A DNA stretch of 63,763 nt, counting the filler, from Folioceros fuciformis (taxonomy: Eukaryota): assembly GCA_049999805.1 (NCBI GenBank). It is 5 parts of 5 records of this genome, joined end to end, with 100 filler letters (N's around TTAATTAATTAA, not from the genome) between each part and the next. Parts side by side here need not be neighbours in the genome. Positions count along the whole stretch, not along the records: positions 22,326 to 45,093 come from JBNGIO010006164.1; positions 45,194 to 60,287 come from JBNGIO010006165.1; 3 more parts are not named here. One strand, written 5' to 3'. Shown in pieces: positions 38,524 through 52,200 of the stretch. The translations under genes were made by a program, and so were the position numbers. Under the pieces are notes generated by a model, which made no database searches, had not been told where the DNA came from, and saw only the letters and a program-made list of their open reading frames with translations. Within the stretch, counting starts at the first letter, position 1, and each line of letters begins with the position of its first letter.

Positions 38524-40116
38524 ATGGCGCTCCTAGCTGCAGCTTCGCGAACGGTGGCCTCGGGGGCTCTACGTGCTGCCTTCTTCGAGCAGCAAGGTAG
38601 CAGCTGCTCCAGCAGCAGCAGTAGCTTCGGCGGCGGCGGCTGCAGCTGCAACACGGCGGCGTGGGACAGGACGCGGTGGAGGCGGGCTTGCAGCGTGTCG
38701 CCCGCTGTGCTTTCTCCCCTGGATGTCTCCGCTCGCAGGAAGGCAGCCTTCCCGCTGCGCGACATCCTGGAGGCGCAGCAGTTTGATCGGGCGCTGATGG
38801 AGGAAATATTCGAGGTAGCTCAGGCAATGGAGGACGTGGACAAATTCTCTCCTGACGCCCAGCAACTAAAGGGTTTCCTCATGGCCACCCTGTTCTACGA
38901 ACCTTCCACTCGCACACGGCTGTCTTTCGAATCCGCCATGAAGCGCCTGGGCGGCGAGGTGCTCACCACAGAGAACGCTAGGGAATTCTCGTCCGCGGCG
39001 AAAGGAGAGACATTAGAAGGTGCGAATTCCCCCAGTATTGCCCAGTATGTAATTCTTCGTCTCTTCCTCCTGATCCTAGTGCCATACATCCCGACTTCCG
39101 CTCATGCGGCCATGGATTTCGCCTCGGCGCTCTTAATCGACTGCTTGTCGCGTTTCACAGACACCATCAGGACCGTTGAAGGATATGCGGACATCATAGT
39201 TCTGCGGCACTTCGAGAGTGGGGCGGCGAAGCGGGCAGCCGAGGTTACTGGCATCCCGATCATCAATGCCGGGGACGGGCCAGGGCAGCATCCTACTCAG
39301 GTTGGCTTTTTCTTCGTTTGAGAATTCAGTTCAGAGGGACGTTGAGGTGAGCAGTTTGTTTTTGTTTTTGTTTTTTGTGACTTGGTCTGCAGGCTCTCCT
39401 CGACGTGTACACCATCCAGCGCGAGATTGGGCGTCTGGATGGTATCAAAGTTGGTCTGGTGGGGGATCTGGCCAATGGCCGGACTGTTCGCTCTCTCGCA
39501 TACCTGCTCGCCAAATATAAAAACGTGCGCATCTACTTCGTGGCGCCTGAGGTGGTTGAGATGAAGGTGAGACAGTCCCTTGGCTTTTATCTCTTGCCTC
39601 GCCTCGACTGCCTACGGGATATCGACTGAATTCGGGCTACGTACAGGATGACATCAAGGACTATCTCACTTCCAAAGGGATTCAGTGGGAGGAGTCGGCT
39701 GATTTGATGCAAGTGGCCTCAGAGTGCGATGTTATCTACCAAACCCGGATTCAACGGGAGCGTTTTGGGGACATTGAACTTTACAACAAGGCGAGGGGGA
39801 AGTATATCGTGAATCGGAATGTGATGGGAGTTCTGCCTAAGCATGCTGTGGTTTTGCATCCACTGCCCCGCCTGGACGAGGTGCTTGTCCTGCTTTTGTT
39901 TTGTAATTTTTTTTCTGTTACAGATAACGCGTACGCTTTTTCGTTCGCTTTTGTTCGCAAATTTTCGTTTCTACAGATGCTGCTAATGCTTTCCACTTTT
40001 CGTTCATTCAGATCACTGTCGATGTGGATTCGGATCCTAGAGCAGCATACTTCAGACAAGCCAAGAACGGACTGTTTATTCGGATGGCTTTGTTGAAACT
40101 TTTACTAGATCAATAA
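38524..40116 (+). CDS. PYRB: Aspartate carbamoyltransferase, chloroplastic, 5 exons
   Basis: [74 protein letters not shown]. Confidence 0.97.
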
Positions 40117-40245
40117 CACAGGATTCACGTCCTTTTTTGGTTCTTCTGTGCTTATCTCCAGCCCCGGGCTGGTACTAGATCAATAACACAGGATTCACGT
40201 CCTTTTTTTGTTCTTCTGTGCTCATCTCCAGCCCCGGGCTGGTAC
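40103..40245. repeat. 70-bp tandem duplication covering the PYRB stop codon and the start of its 3' UTR
   Basis: TACTAGATCAATAACACAGGATTC... starts at 40103 and again at 40173, nearly identical. Confidence 0.93.
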
Positions 40246-41885
40246 AAGACGGCCTTCTCAGTTAGCCGACTTTTGGGGCTATTCCCAACCCTTATTTGGG
40301 TGGAAAGAATTTTCCGTCTCGATTTCATGCTACTTATTCGCTAGTAATTACAAAAAATGATATTACAACTTATTCAAGGTGCAACTATTGGACCCAAACA
40401 ATACCAATCTTACAGCGTCCAGCTCCACAAATTAGATTTCCGGTGAACTACTTCAGAACATTGCACATGGAGGGTGAGAAGACGTCGAACCCGAAAAATA
40501 TCGGACAAGGAACTTAGACAACATTCCGAACGACAACCTCCGTAAGAGCACCCGAGTCCAGTTTCATGCCTCCACGATCATCTCGACGTAGTGCGACGAA
40601 GTACACCACAATATCAATGGTTAGAACTTAAGAAAGGCAAGAAAAGACCCAAAGCCTGTTACATTGTACATTTCCAAGACTCCTCACCCAGGACTCACCT
40701 TTCAGTTGTAGATTTGTCACTTACCTTCCGACCTCAGACCTGAGTACTCTGGACTGGACAGCTGAAGCCTGTAAGACTGTATCCAAACGAACAAGACACA
40801 GGAAACCAGAGCCACATATTTCAAAACCATAGCTGACAAATGCAAGATTTACAAAGAAAGCAGGAAACATTTCAGGCTATGCTATCTCACTTCTCCACCT
40901 GGAACCACGGACTTCTTGCACTTTTTAGTTTGTGAATAGGATAACACAATCTCGAGAAGAAGTTTTAAGAAAAAAAAGTAAGCATGGGGATTTCTAGTGC
41001 CTTGGAAACAAAATGATGCAGACAGATGACGAGCATATCCAACAAAGTTCTAAGCTGTACATTCCCAGAACCCTGATCCACAAACTACTGAGGAAGCTTG
41101 AGTGGGACCGAGAGAGAGAGAGAGAGCTAGACAAAAATCGTCATTGCAATATTACAAGCCTAGATTGCAATGTCCTAGAGTCCAATTAAGGGTCAACAAA
41201 ACAAACCGGCCCAGACTAGGCAACATGATCACTGCAAGTTTAATTTCGCACTGGCTCTGGCTGGAATTATCTGGGTCAGAGCAGTGACATTGCTATTTGG
41301 GCAGTGCATCTACAATGGCCGTCCTGCTGCCACATAAATAGTCTGAGTTCCAAGTCTAACCCATGTCTTCGAGAGCAGAAGGCCTGAAGAGTAAGGAATA
41401 ATGAAGCTTCTGTCACTCCCCCCTTGGCAGCGTGAGAGGGTTAAACCAAAGAAGAACACACATGAGGCTTCAATAATTCCTCAAAAGAGGGAGCCGGTCC
41501 ACCTATAACTCAAGCTTGGGAAGGATGGGCTTCGACGGCTCGGGTCTTCAAATCCATCAGTAAGTGGCTGAGGCTGCGGCATAGGGTGATCTGGCTCCAG
41601 GCTTCTTGTATCGCGGCTGTTTTAGGAAAGGAGGAAGGAAGAGGCACAAGGTAAACCCAGCGTATCAGAATGGCCCTGCAGTGACTTTTATGAGCAGGCT
41701 TGGTGAAAATCAATTGAGACAAGGAAACTGGAGCGACAAACGTGCTGGCTCTCACCAACCAGACCCATCGTCTGCAACATAGGTTCTGTACCCAAGGCAA
41801 TAATCAAAAAGCAGGAACCAGCCAGGAAATCAGAACTAAAGGTGCAGCTAGGCCTGTCAGCAGAAAGCTTTACCTGCACCACTTA

Positions 41886-44800
41886 TCAGCCAGCATATCC
41901 AGAAGACATCATCCCGGGAAGTGACGGCGATTGGCCGTTGAGAATAAAGGCCTGCAGAAGATTCTGTGCTGCGTGAGTCTGTTCTGGTGTTCCTGAAATT
42001 TCAACGACACGGTCCGCAGTTCCCTGCCTTGGATCATGCAGCTTCACTTTCGCACCAGACAGCTGCAGGAGCAGTAATGCTGAGTTTTGGCTAATGCACA
42101 ACAATGCTTTTCTAAACCACCCCTATCATGAAGTTTTTTTCAAACACCCACCCCAGAGCAAACAATGTCTCCGCAGGACACAGTGTATACCTGACGGATA
42201 TTGGCAATGTTACTCCCTCCCTTCCCAATAACTGATCCCACAGCGGTATTTGGTATCACCACTTCAACGGTTGTACCCGCTAGATTTGTTACAAGGCCAC
42301 CAATGGATCTGCCTCCCCTGGATTTTTAAATCAGCTTTTAGCTACTGTAAAGGCTTGACACTAATATAAGTGAAGGGATAGGCAGGGCAGCTGGAAGGCT
42401 TATGGAGCATCTAATAACGAATATCTAAAAGACTGGACTGAGCTAGCATGATATCACACATGCATAAGGCACAGCATGCACACGTAGAGCATGAACAAGA
42501 GTATGAATTTAAAAAAACATACCCTCCATACCCTCCGCCACTTGACTGCATCTGATGCACAAGACCTCCACCAAATGAGGCAAGGTCGCCCAGTCCACCA
42601 CCCTTTCATTCCAAGGGAGCATCAGATAAGTTTACTCTAACCGAAATTTAAGCCGAACCATTCTTTGGACTTGACTTACTTTTACCTCCTCTTGACACAT
42701 GAGGAGCAACACAAAGCAAACAGGCAACAAACAAATACAAGTTATGGAGGCAAGAGAATTACCTGCACACCCCAAGATCCGGGAGGAGAGCCTAGACTGC
42801 CGTATCCAGACGATAACCGTCCTCCTTGTAAGCCTAATCCAGACATAGAGGAGTACATTCCCCCTGGTGATCCAGGCTCATGTCCTACTCCGTAACCTGA
42901 GGGAATATGACCACCAAGACCAAGAGCAGAAAGTGAGGACTGGTAACTACCTCCACCCCCACCTGTATCTCGCTCCAAGAAAAAATTCCTCCTCAACTTA
43001 GATGTTATTTGGACTAAAGCCTCTCGAGCAACATTCAGATCCCCAACAATCTGCAAACAGGAAACGCCAGCATAAATAAGTCCACGCAGCTAGCCCATAA
43101 AAAGTTCAAACATTTTTATTTTCTCTGCCAGTGTAGAGCAGCTGATAGAAATGACAAGCCAGTGTCCCACCTGAACCAGCTCATCTGTTTCCAACGCACA
43201 TCGAGGCAAAGCATCCTTTGGTAGAATCCGAATAGTAGCACGTGTGGCTTTCCGCATCTCCGATATTATACTGCCCCCTTTTCCCAACAAGCAACCAATC
43301 TGGGTCGTGGGGACAAGCAGCCTGGTTGTCGTTGTGCCATCCTTCTCTGCACCGAAATCTGCTGCTCTATTTTGCACCTGCAGGACAGCATCCACCGCTG
43401 GAGATACCACCTCATCTGGAGACTGTTGTAAACAAATATCCTTAGTCAGCTACCTCTTCGAACGTGCCATGATCAGCATCCGCACTAGAAAGCCCTTTGC
43501 ACAACAAGGGATGCTCCAGGAAAGGTTACCTCGTTGGCAGAAACAATAATAACCCGTTCTTCCGTGCCCGGAACGGCATCAGCAATTTTTATTCGGGCAC
43601 CTGTCTCCTCTCTAAGTTGTCTGATAATATTTCCCTTCTTGCCGATGACACTTCCGATTTTGTCGTTGGGCCACAGAATGCGAAAGATGAGCTCGTTGTC
43701 AACTGACGCCTCCTTCACTCCATGCAGAGGACCACCGCCACGGGAAGGAAGGACGGGGCCATTGGGGGACCGAAATTGCCAGCCTCCTCCACCGCCCGCT
43801 CCTAGGCCACCTAACGTGGAGAGCGATGGTCCCAGATGAAATCCCTGGCTCCCGCCATTACCTGGAGCCATGAGAGAATTCACTTGCGACAGGAAATTCC
43901 CTGAAGACAACAAGGAACCCCCCGAAAGCAGCGGGGACGGATGGGACAACATCGATGCTCCTTGAGGCCGTTCTCTTGGGGGATTCTCCTGCAGCCGAGC
44001 TGAGATGGCGTGCAAGGCCTTCTTCACAACAGCCAGGTCACCGTACACCTGCAGCGACATTCCACCTCGTAAGCAACAACAACAACAACAAATCCAGCTG
44101 CACCCTACCCCGCAAAACGAAAATAACTAATTCAAAAACAAGCTTGCAGACCTGGACAAGCTCATCACTTGGCAGAGCGCATGCGGGGAGCTGGTCCCTG
44201 GGCAAAATTCGAATCTGGGCCCCAGTCTCATGCCTCATCTGCTCGATAATTTTGCCGCCCTTCCCAAGGAGACAACCAATCTGGTTGTTAGGCACCAACA
44301 GCCTGGTAGTAAAATGATGCGCCGCATCCTCGTCCTCCACATCCTCCTCGTTGCTCTCCCCGTCCACAATCCGGTCATGCACGCGGTACAAAGCCTCCTG
44401 CGCAGGCGAGACGCCCTCTCTGTCGTCTCCATCCCTGTCCCTGCTGTCTCTGTCCCTCGGCCCCGGCTCTCGTTCCCGGTCACTGTCGTCCCTATCCCCG
44501 TCCCGAGACCTTCCATCTCTGCCCCCGTCCCTATCCTTACCTCGCTCTCGGTACCCCTTCTCAGAGCAGGATATGATAATGACTCGCTCGTCCACTCCAT
44601 GAACCGCGTCCACGATCTTGATCTTCGCTCTAGTCTCCTGCCTCAGCGACTTGATGATGCTCCCCGCCTTTCCGATCACGCTCCCGATCTTGGACCCCGG
44701 GCACAGTATCCGGAAAATAGTGTCCTCCGCCGGCGCCGCCTTAACCGGCGGGCGCTGCTGCTCCACGTAATGCATCCGCCGCTTGTGCCGCCCGTTGCGC

Positions 44801-44889
44801 TCCGGCGGCTCCCGATCGTAGTGCGGGTGCGGCCGTTTGGAGGACCCCGAGTAGACGTGGCCAGAGGAGCCGGAATACGGCGCATCCAT
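41886..44889 (-). CDS. Five-KH-domain RNA-binding protein (HEN4/RCF3-like family), multi-exon
   Basis: GxxG loops IGSVIGKAGSII, IGCLLGKGGKII, IGSVIGKKGNII, IGCLLGKGGSII, VGSVIGKGGSNI; ends VEISGTPEQTHAAQNLLQAFI. Confidence 0.93.
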
Positions 44890-45193
44890 AGCAACAAGAC
44901 TGCGAGATCCTCGGGGCCGCTAACAATCCTGCTGCTCCTGCCACTTGCTGGCCTCTCCTTCCTTCCTTCCTTCCTTTCCTGTCCGAGAAGCCCTTCCTTG
45001 CCTCGGAACCGCAGCAATTCCTTTGCCCTAACAGCCACAGGCTGCGGTCGGGTCCCAAGCTCCAACCCCAGGGGTGTATGGTCTGTCCTGGTGNNNNNNN
45101 NNNNNNNNNNNNNNNNNNNNNNNNNNNNNNNNNNNNNTTAATTAATTAANNNNNNNNNNNNNNNNNNNNNNNNNNNNNNNNNNNNNNNNNNNN

Positions 45194-47078
45194 AAGGTTC
45201 CAATACAGCGGTTGACCTATGATAGCTATGTAGCTAGGCACCGTGCCTATATGGCAAAGGTTGTGCAAGATGTGGAATCGAGGAGCTTTGAAGAAGCTAT
45301 TGGAGACACAAAGTGGGAACATGCCATGGATGAAGAAATGAATGCATTAGATCAGAATGCAACATGGGACCTAGTACAACTACTTGAAGGCAAGAAACCA
45401 ATAGGTTGCAAATGGGTGTACAAGGTCAAACACAATGCAGATGGTAGTGTCAGCAGGTACAAGGCAAGGCTTGTGGCCAAGGGATATGCCCAGACATATG
45501 GAATAGATGTTGAGGAGACGTTCAGTCCAGTTGCCAAAATGGCAACAATTCGAACTGTGATCGCACTAGCGGCATCAAAAGGTTGGGTCCTACATCATAT
45601 GGATGTGAAGAATGCGTTCTTACATGGAGAATTGCTGGAAGGAGTATACATGGACCAGCCACCAAGTTATGAGGATTTGGATCATCCAAATCATGTGTGC
45701 AAGCTAGAAAAAACGTCGTACGGACTGAAGCAAGCCCCGAGGGCTTGGCATGAGCGTCTTGCTCAGCATCTGATTCACATCGGATTCAACATGGTAGATG
45801 CGGATCATTCGTTGTATGTGTGCAGAAGTACAAAAGGACTGGTCTTTGTGATCATTTATGTGGATGATCTAATCATTGGAGGTAATCAGTTGGATCAAGT
45901 GGAGCAGATCAAGGAACTTCTGCAACAAGAGTTCTACATGATGGACCTAGGTGAACTGAAATTCTTCTTGGGCATTGAAATTATACGAACCAACACAGGC
46001 ATTTGGCTGTCACAGCGGAAGTATGCGTTGGATGTACTAACTAAGTATGGTATGGTTGAGTGCAAGCCAATCTCGATTCCTTTGGATCAAAATCTGAAGC
46101 TCAGTGCTCATGATGGTGAAGCACTTGAAGATCCAACAGTGTACAAGAAGATTGTGGGTAGCTTGATATATCTCACTCTATCTAGACCAGATTTAAACTA
46201 TACAGTGGGACTACAGAGTCAGTTTATGCAGGTGCCAAGAAAGCCGCATTTGGATGCAGTAAGGCAAACGTTGCGCTATGTGAAGGCAACTATGAATCAT
46301 GCTCTCTTTTATGCTGCAGATTCAGACATAAACTTGTGTGGGTACACAGATGCAGATTGGGTAGGCAGTGTTATGGATCGTAGATCTATAAGTGGATTCA
46401 TATTTTCACTTGGGAGTGCAGCAATAACATGGAGTAGCAAGAAGCAGCCTACAGTGGCTTTGTCTAGTACAGAAGCTGAATACAGAGCCGCAGCAATAGC
46501 AGCGTGTGAAGTGACTTGGATTTGTAAGTTACTCGGAGATTTTGGATTGCAAGTCAACGACAAGGTTGTTATCTACTGTGACAATCTTAGCAGCATACAG
46601 TTGGCGCGAAACCCAGTGTTTCATGCCAGAACGAAACACATTGAGGTACATTATCATTTTTTTCGAGAAAGGATTTTATTTGGAGCTATTGATCTTGTGT
46701 ATATCAACACAGACGAGCAGATAGCCGATATATTTACTAAGCCAATGGGAGCAGAGAAGTTGAAGAAATTCTGAGCTATGTTAGGCGTACAAATGCTATG
46801 TTGAGCTCGAGGGGGAGTGTTCAGTTATCGAGCTCTATATAAGCTAAACTCATGTGGTGTTAGTTATCCTGGTTGGGTTCATACTAAACTAGTTCTAGTT
46901 ATTAATGAACTTAGGATAGTGTAGATTATCCCATATTGAACTTGGAAGTTGTGTAGCCCTAAATGTACTACTTAAATGGAGACCTCGGACCTCCATAGGA
47001 AGACAGTGGTGATGTGTATTGTTTTTGGTTGCGACTACCAATACCACCCTCTCTTCTCTCCTCTCCTACACTTGCACA
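45194..47078 (+). mobile_element. Ty1/copia retrotransposon 3' half: RT-RNase H (45212-46774), PPT (46809-46817), 3' LTR (~46818-47078)
   Basis: YKARLVAKG, MDVKNAFLHG, IYVDD, ADIFTK; GAGGGGGAG directly followed by TGTT. The LTR end at ...GCACA is an estimate. Confidence 0.93.
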
Positions 47079-47117
47079 TAGATTGGAGTCGATCCTATTG
47101 ACACGATAGGCCCTGTC

Positions 47118-47677
47118 TCATGCGTCTTCTAGATCTTGCAGCCACACACCCACCAGGTTAGCCATCGAGGTCATCAACTGGTGTTCCCTCTCTATTACAC
47201 AATGCGGACACGTCACCCCCGTCAGCAGTGTAATGTTGCGCAATTGTGGCTCCTCTGGGGCATTGTTGCGACCAAACTGCGGGCCGTGTATCATGTACTC
47301 GTCACTGTCGCCATCCTCGTTTACCCCGTATGCAAGTGGCCTGATTGCCCCCGATAGTCGCTCTTCCTCTTGGAATGCCTCCGCAGGCACATGTACGTTG
47401 GCGTTCGATTTGTGTATTGCACCCGCCTAATGCGCACCCTCGCTCTCATTGCCATCGCCTCCGGCTGCAATGCGCGCAAAGCAGCGTCTATTTTCCACCT
47501 CGGCACTTTGTACCCCGCGTCCACCAACGCAGCTTTCACCACCCCCACTCCCCAGGTCACTCCGTGCCTTGTGATGGCCACATTCACCAAGATCAACGCC
47601 GCAATTGTTTCCACTGTTAGCAATTGCCCTGCATATGCCCATGTCCACCCTGGACACTTTTCAAGCCATCGCCGCAA
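47118..47677 (-). pseudogene. IS3/integrase-like (IS3EU-type) transposase remnant lacking the catalytic core
   Basis: WGVGVVKAALVDAGYKVPRWKIDAALRALQPEAMAMRARVRIRRVQY..TP.YM matches the G..V...L...G..V.R.R....L..DP....R...I.RR.Y...P motif that precedes the first catalytic Asp. It is joined out of frame to a C-terminal-like piece (PAEAF...YGVNEDG). Confidence 0.6.
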
Positions 47678-49292
47678 CTGTTTCCATTGTTAGCAATTGC
47701 CCTGCATATGCCCCTGTCCACCCTGGACACTTTCAAGCCATCACCGCAGTGTTCTGGGTGTGCAGCCATACTCGGCAGCCAGGTCTCTCAGCGTCCCTCC
47801 AGTGCGCCTTCGTTGCAGCGCCATCTCTTTCAATTCACATAGTGGCACAGGGCAACCCATTCCTCCATCCCTCCCCCCANNNNNNNNNNNNNNNNNNNNN
47901 NNNNNNNNNNNNNNNNNNNNNNNNNNNNNNNNNNNNNNNNNNNNNNNNNNNNNNNNNNNNNNNNNNNNNNNNNNNNNNNCCCCCTGCTCCCCTTCAACGT
48001 CCATCTCCGTCACATCTGAGCTGTTGCCCCCAACGTTTTCCCTACTCTCCTGCTTCTTGCCATCGGGTTCCGTCCTCCCAGCGTCCACCCCAGAGGTTTC
48101 ACCTCTCTACTTGCGCTTGCTCCTGCCTGCACTGCGCCTGCTCCTGTCCCCTCCTACAATCGCTTTGCGCCCGCTCGTCCTCTCCTATGCGACCGTAGTG
48201 CCACTGCTCTTGCTCCCCCGTGCGATCTCACTGCGCTCACAGCCGCCTCCGATCACACTGCGGCAGCCCTGCTGGCCGCGCCCGTTATCACACTGCACCC
48301 CCTACTGGCCGCGCGGGCAAGTTCCGCATACACTCATGCCATGTGTGACACGTTTGGCTTAGTTGAACTGGACAAGCCTCCCCCAACTGCCAGCGACTGC
48401 GTGCAAGACACCCGTCATCGCCTCCACCTCTTAGCCATCCAGTTGTTAAACCGACAGCGCCGCCTAGCATTTATGCCTCCTTCACCTGTTGCCTGTACAC
48501 CTCACGATAGCTCTCACTTCCTGTCGTCACCTCCCATTGCGCTCTCGCCCACCCCCTCTCTTCATCTAAGCAACAATCCTCCCAGCCCCCTCGTCCCCTG
48601 TACCACACCATCTTGTTGGTGCCTACATTTTCGCTTGCAGGTTTGGCAATCAATGGTCGGCTCACCGCACAAGGCAAATCCACCCGTCCTCCCCGCCCAC
48701 ACCGCAGGCCCATTTGTAGCCTCATAATGCCAGCCATGGCGGCATCGCTGGCTGTCCGCCTAGGCCCGGCGACCAAGCATGCTCCCTACCCAGTTGTGCC
48801 CACCAGGCAATCACTCATCCCATGCTAGGCGCCCTTATCGACACCCCAATCGGCCCTGGCAACCTGGTGGGTTCCACGTTCTCGCCCGCAGACCTTAAAG
48901 GCTCTCCGCTCGCCTCCCATGCCCCACATCGCGGGCTCCTCCGAGGTGCCTTGCGAGTGCGCCCAAGCCCAGCGACAGCACGGGCTCACCACCCCAGCCC
49001 GCCTACCTCTCGTCTCCTCGTGCTGGGGGAGCCATGGGCTCGCGCTCCCTTGCCTAGGAAGGCGACATTCCCGTCTACCAACCCGATTCACTGGGAGATA
49101 GCAAGGACTTGGCTCGCCGCATCTAATGTTCTAGGTAGGATTGGGTTGTAATGTTGGTTTTGCATTTGCAGCATGGCTTTAGCGTACTACTCAGCCCACC
49201 CAATTATGACAACTCTCTTAGCCCCACTTCGATGCACAGGGGCACATCCCTCGTCCCTTCCCTTTGGTTACAAACTCTAAGGATCCAACTCA

Positions 49293-52200
49293 CTACGGCA
49301 ACATGTACACTGCATTGTGGGCTATGGCCACCTCAATGCGCTCTTACATGCTGGTGACACACTCGTATTGAGGGAGTAGCAACGTGCTTGTGCACGTCCT
49401 TGAAGTGGGCAGTTGCCCGTCAGCCAAGAGAGGGACCTCCATCACTATCATTGGATCCCCTTCGCTGAAAAAAACTCTATCTCTGATGAATGTGTATAGT
49501 TTGGCCCTTTGTGCAAAGCTCAGCCACCTAATGGTTGTGGCGTACATCTCCCTCGTCTCCAGCGAGCATGCATGGAAAGTAGTCACCCACAAAAACTCTT
49601 CAGGTCTGCACCCACGGACACCAGAGAAGAAAAAACTCACAACCTCCAAGGACATGGTGTCCACAATCAGGAGAAGGGCCCTGGAATTCAAGCTGTGAAG
49701 GACGTGCCTGAAGCCCTCCCCGACCATTCCCCCAATTGGATAGCAGTTGCTGAATAGCAAGTCCTTTGTCAATTTCCCCTGCAGCGCCATGATGTCCACC
49801 CCCAATTGTGACCCTGGTCTCAGGCGTGAAAAGGCGGAACAAAGATGGATCAGCTGCAACAACGAGTGCCACCCCTTCCTGGATGGCTACCAGTTGTCGA
49901 TTGGCAGGGGCCCATGCGGCTGCCTTCAATTGGGCAAACACGCCCATTACCTCAGGGTAGCAAGCCTTCATGTCTGCCTTGAAGGCCTTCCGGAGTACCA
50001 GGGATCCGGGCGCATCCTCCCAAGTACGGTGCACACCATACCGCTGGGTGCCGAGTGCATGCGCGATTGTGGTCATGGGCTTAGACACCTGCACGCCGGT
50101 CACCAACACCATTTATGGCAGGAACCCAAAGAACCCTGACTGCATTGTGCACTGCAAATGTCAACACGAATCCCATACATTGGCATACGATGCCGTGAAC
50201 TTGGCCGTGGTTTGAGGGCACTCACAACTGTCTCGCTCAAGAACGATGTGTGACTCCCTTGCCGAATGTGGTACAGCAACCTGCTTGGGCCATGGTTGTC
50301 TCTTGCATCAAACACGCAGTTCAGGAACTCTGGGTTCAGCCAGAACTGTCGCCACGCCTCGCTTTTGCACCTCCTCGATGGACCTCCCGCGTCTACCGTA
50401 TTTGCTTCAAGCAACCCTCCTCCCCCTTGGCCAGTGATGTACACAACCTTCAGCTCCAGGAACACATCCATGCGCGCCTCATGGCGTCTGAAATGGTCGA
50501 ACAGTGCCCCACACTCCTGACCTACCTCCGCATGTACCCACCACCTCGAGCCCTTGGCTTAGCCACCATCCCCACCACAAACCCTGGTTGTTCGTGGCGG
50601 CACCTACACAGCGGCCAAGTGCACCTCACCTTTAGCGCTGGGGACCGTTGTGCTCTTTTGCGCTGCTGAGCCGCAATTGGCTGGAATGTGTGGTTAGTAA
50701 GAGCATATCTACGCATCGTAGCGTCTGCCGCGTCGCAGGCTTCTTGCGCAGCATGGAGGTTCATTTCCTCAACCTCCCTAAGTGGTAGTGCGACCTACTG
50801 CGCCCTCTCCTCTCACATGCGGATCCACTCGCGGTGGCGGGCTTGCAATCGGAGCAAATCAAAGTGGTCCACCATCTCCTGCAAACTATTTGTGGCCCAG
50901 GCCTCCCATAGGTCTTCAAGCTTTGCTGCTGCCAGGTCCATACTAGGTTCCACTTCGTGCAGTAGTCTTATGACCGTAGCAGCTGGCGACATCCGCTTCG
51001 CAATGAACCCTTGGATGGTGGCGACGTCATATAGTTCGAACCCTGGTATGGTTACTAGCTGGCGGACCAAGGCCCTTCCCACGCCGTCCCCCGCTCCTGT
51101 CCCTTTGTCCAGGATGGTCTGTAGCTCGGCTAGCACAACGGCGTGCTCTGGCTTTGCTTCATCCCCACCTTTCCTCTTCCGCGCCTCATCCACCATATCA
51201 AAAAACACTTTGGCCTCTACCTGAAGAGGCTTCGGCTTCTTTTGGGGCACTACATAGAATGCTGCCTCCTCTGCTTGCTGTAGATAGCGAGTCGCCGCCT
51301 CCCAAGTCGCCACCAGTGCCGCGTACGCCTCGGCGGCAGTTGCAATTGCAAGAAGGCCCATTGCATCCGCAGCACCAGATTAACTCGGTCTTCCTCTCGC
51401 CGGTGCCTAAGGGGAGCTGCCACGTCGGGGTTACCATCAGTCCACAATGTAACAATCGTCGTCTCCCATAGCCGGAGTGCCCCTCATGTTTGGGGAGGAC
51501 ACTGCAGACCCCCCACCACGCATGGTGTGGCCGGCCAAGCCACGCTCCATGGACCCTGTACGCTCGAAGTCGTCTTGCGAGCAATCACCACCCTCTATGT
51601 TTGCCATACCCTCCACCATTATAGCAACATCGACAACCCCTGCCTTTGCTTGATACGCTCTAACCATGTGTTCCGTCATCTGCACGGCTGGATCCCATAC
51701 ATAAAGTAGCATAGTCTGCAGCTGGTGAGAGCTCTGCGAGGTTGTACTACCTGGTGGGAAGATCAACGGGTCGTCAGTGAGCAATGCCGTTGGCGAGCTC
51801 CGAGCGAATACCTGCTGGAATCGCTCAATGAAGCACCCTAGCCCTAGGCTACTCCTATCTAGGTGAAAGGGACAGGCGACAACATCCACTATCTCCGCGG
51901 CCATAGTAAGAGGCTCAAAGTCTGACCCATCGTACGTTGCGCCTACAGGCATCGACGACGGCACATGTAGCTCCACCACAGTGCAGTCGGAGGATGTTAT
52001 TTTCCTGGCTTGTAGGGGCGCGCCCCCATCAGGCGGCTCAATCAAGAATTCTGGGAAGTCGAGGTTCAGAGGAACCATTATCTTCAGCTTCTTGATGTGC
52101 ACGGGCACAAGCGCGCTTCCTACAACCATTGCTCATTGCCTCCTCCTGGGTGATGGGGTGACAATGATGTGATTTCGTCGAAGCGTCATGGGTATGTTGC

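Noticed and set aside
43660-43690. KH3 reads FRILWP instead of the usual FRILCP
   Set aside because: A single substitution outside the intact GxxG loop; could be polymorphism or sequencing error.
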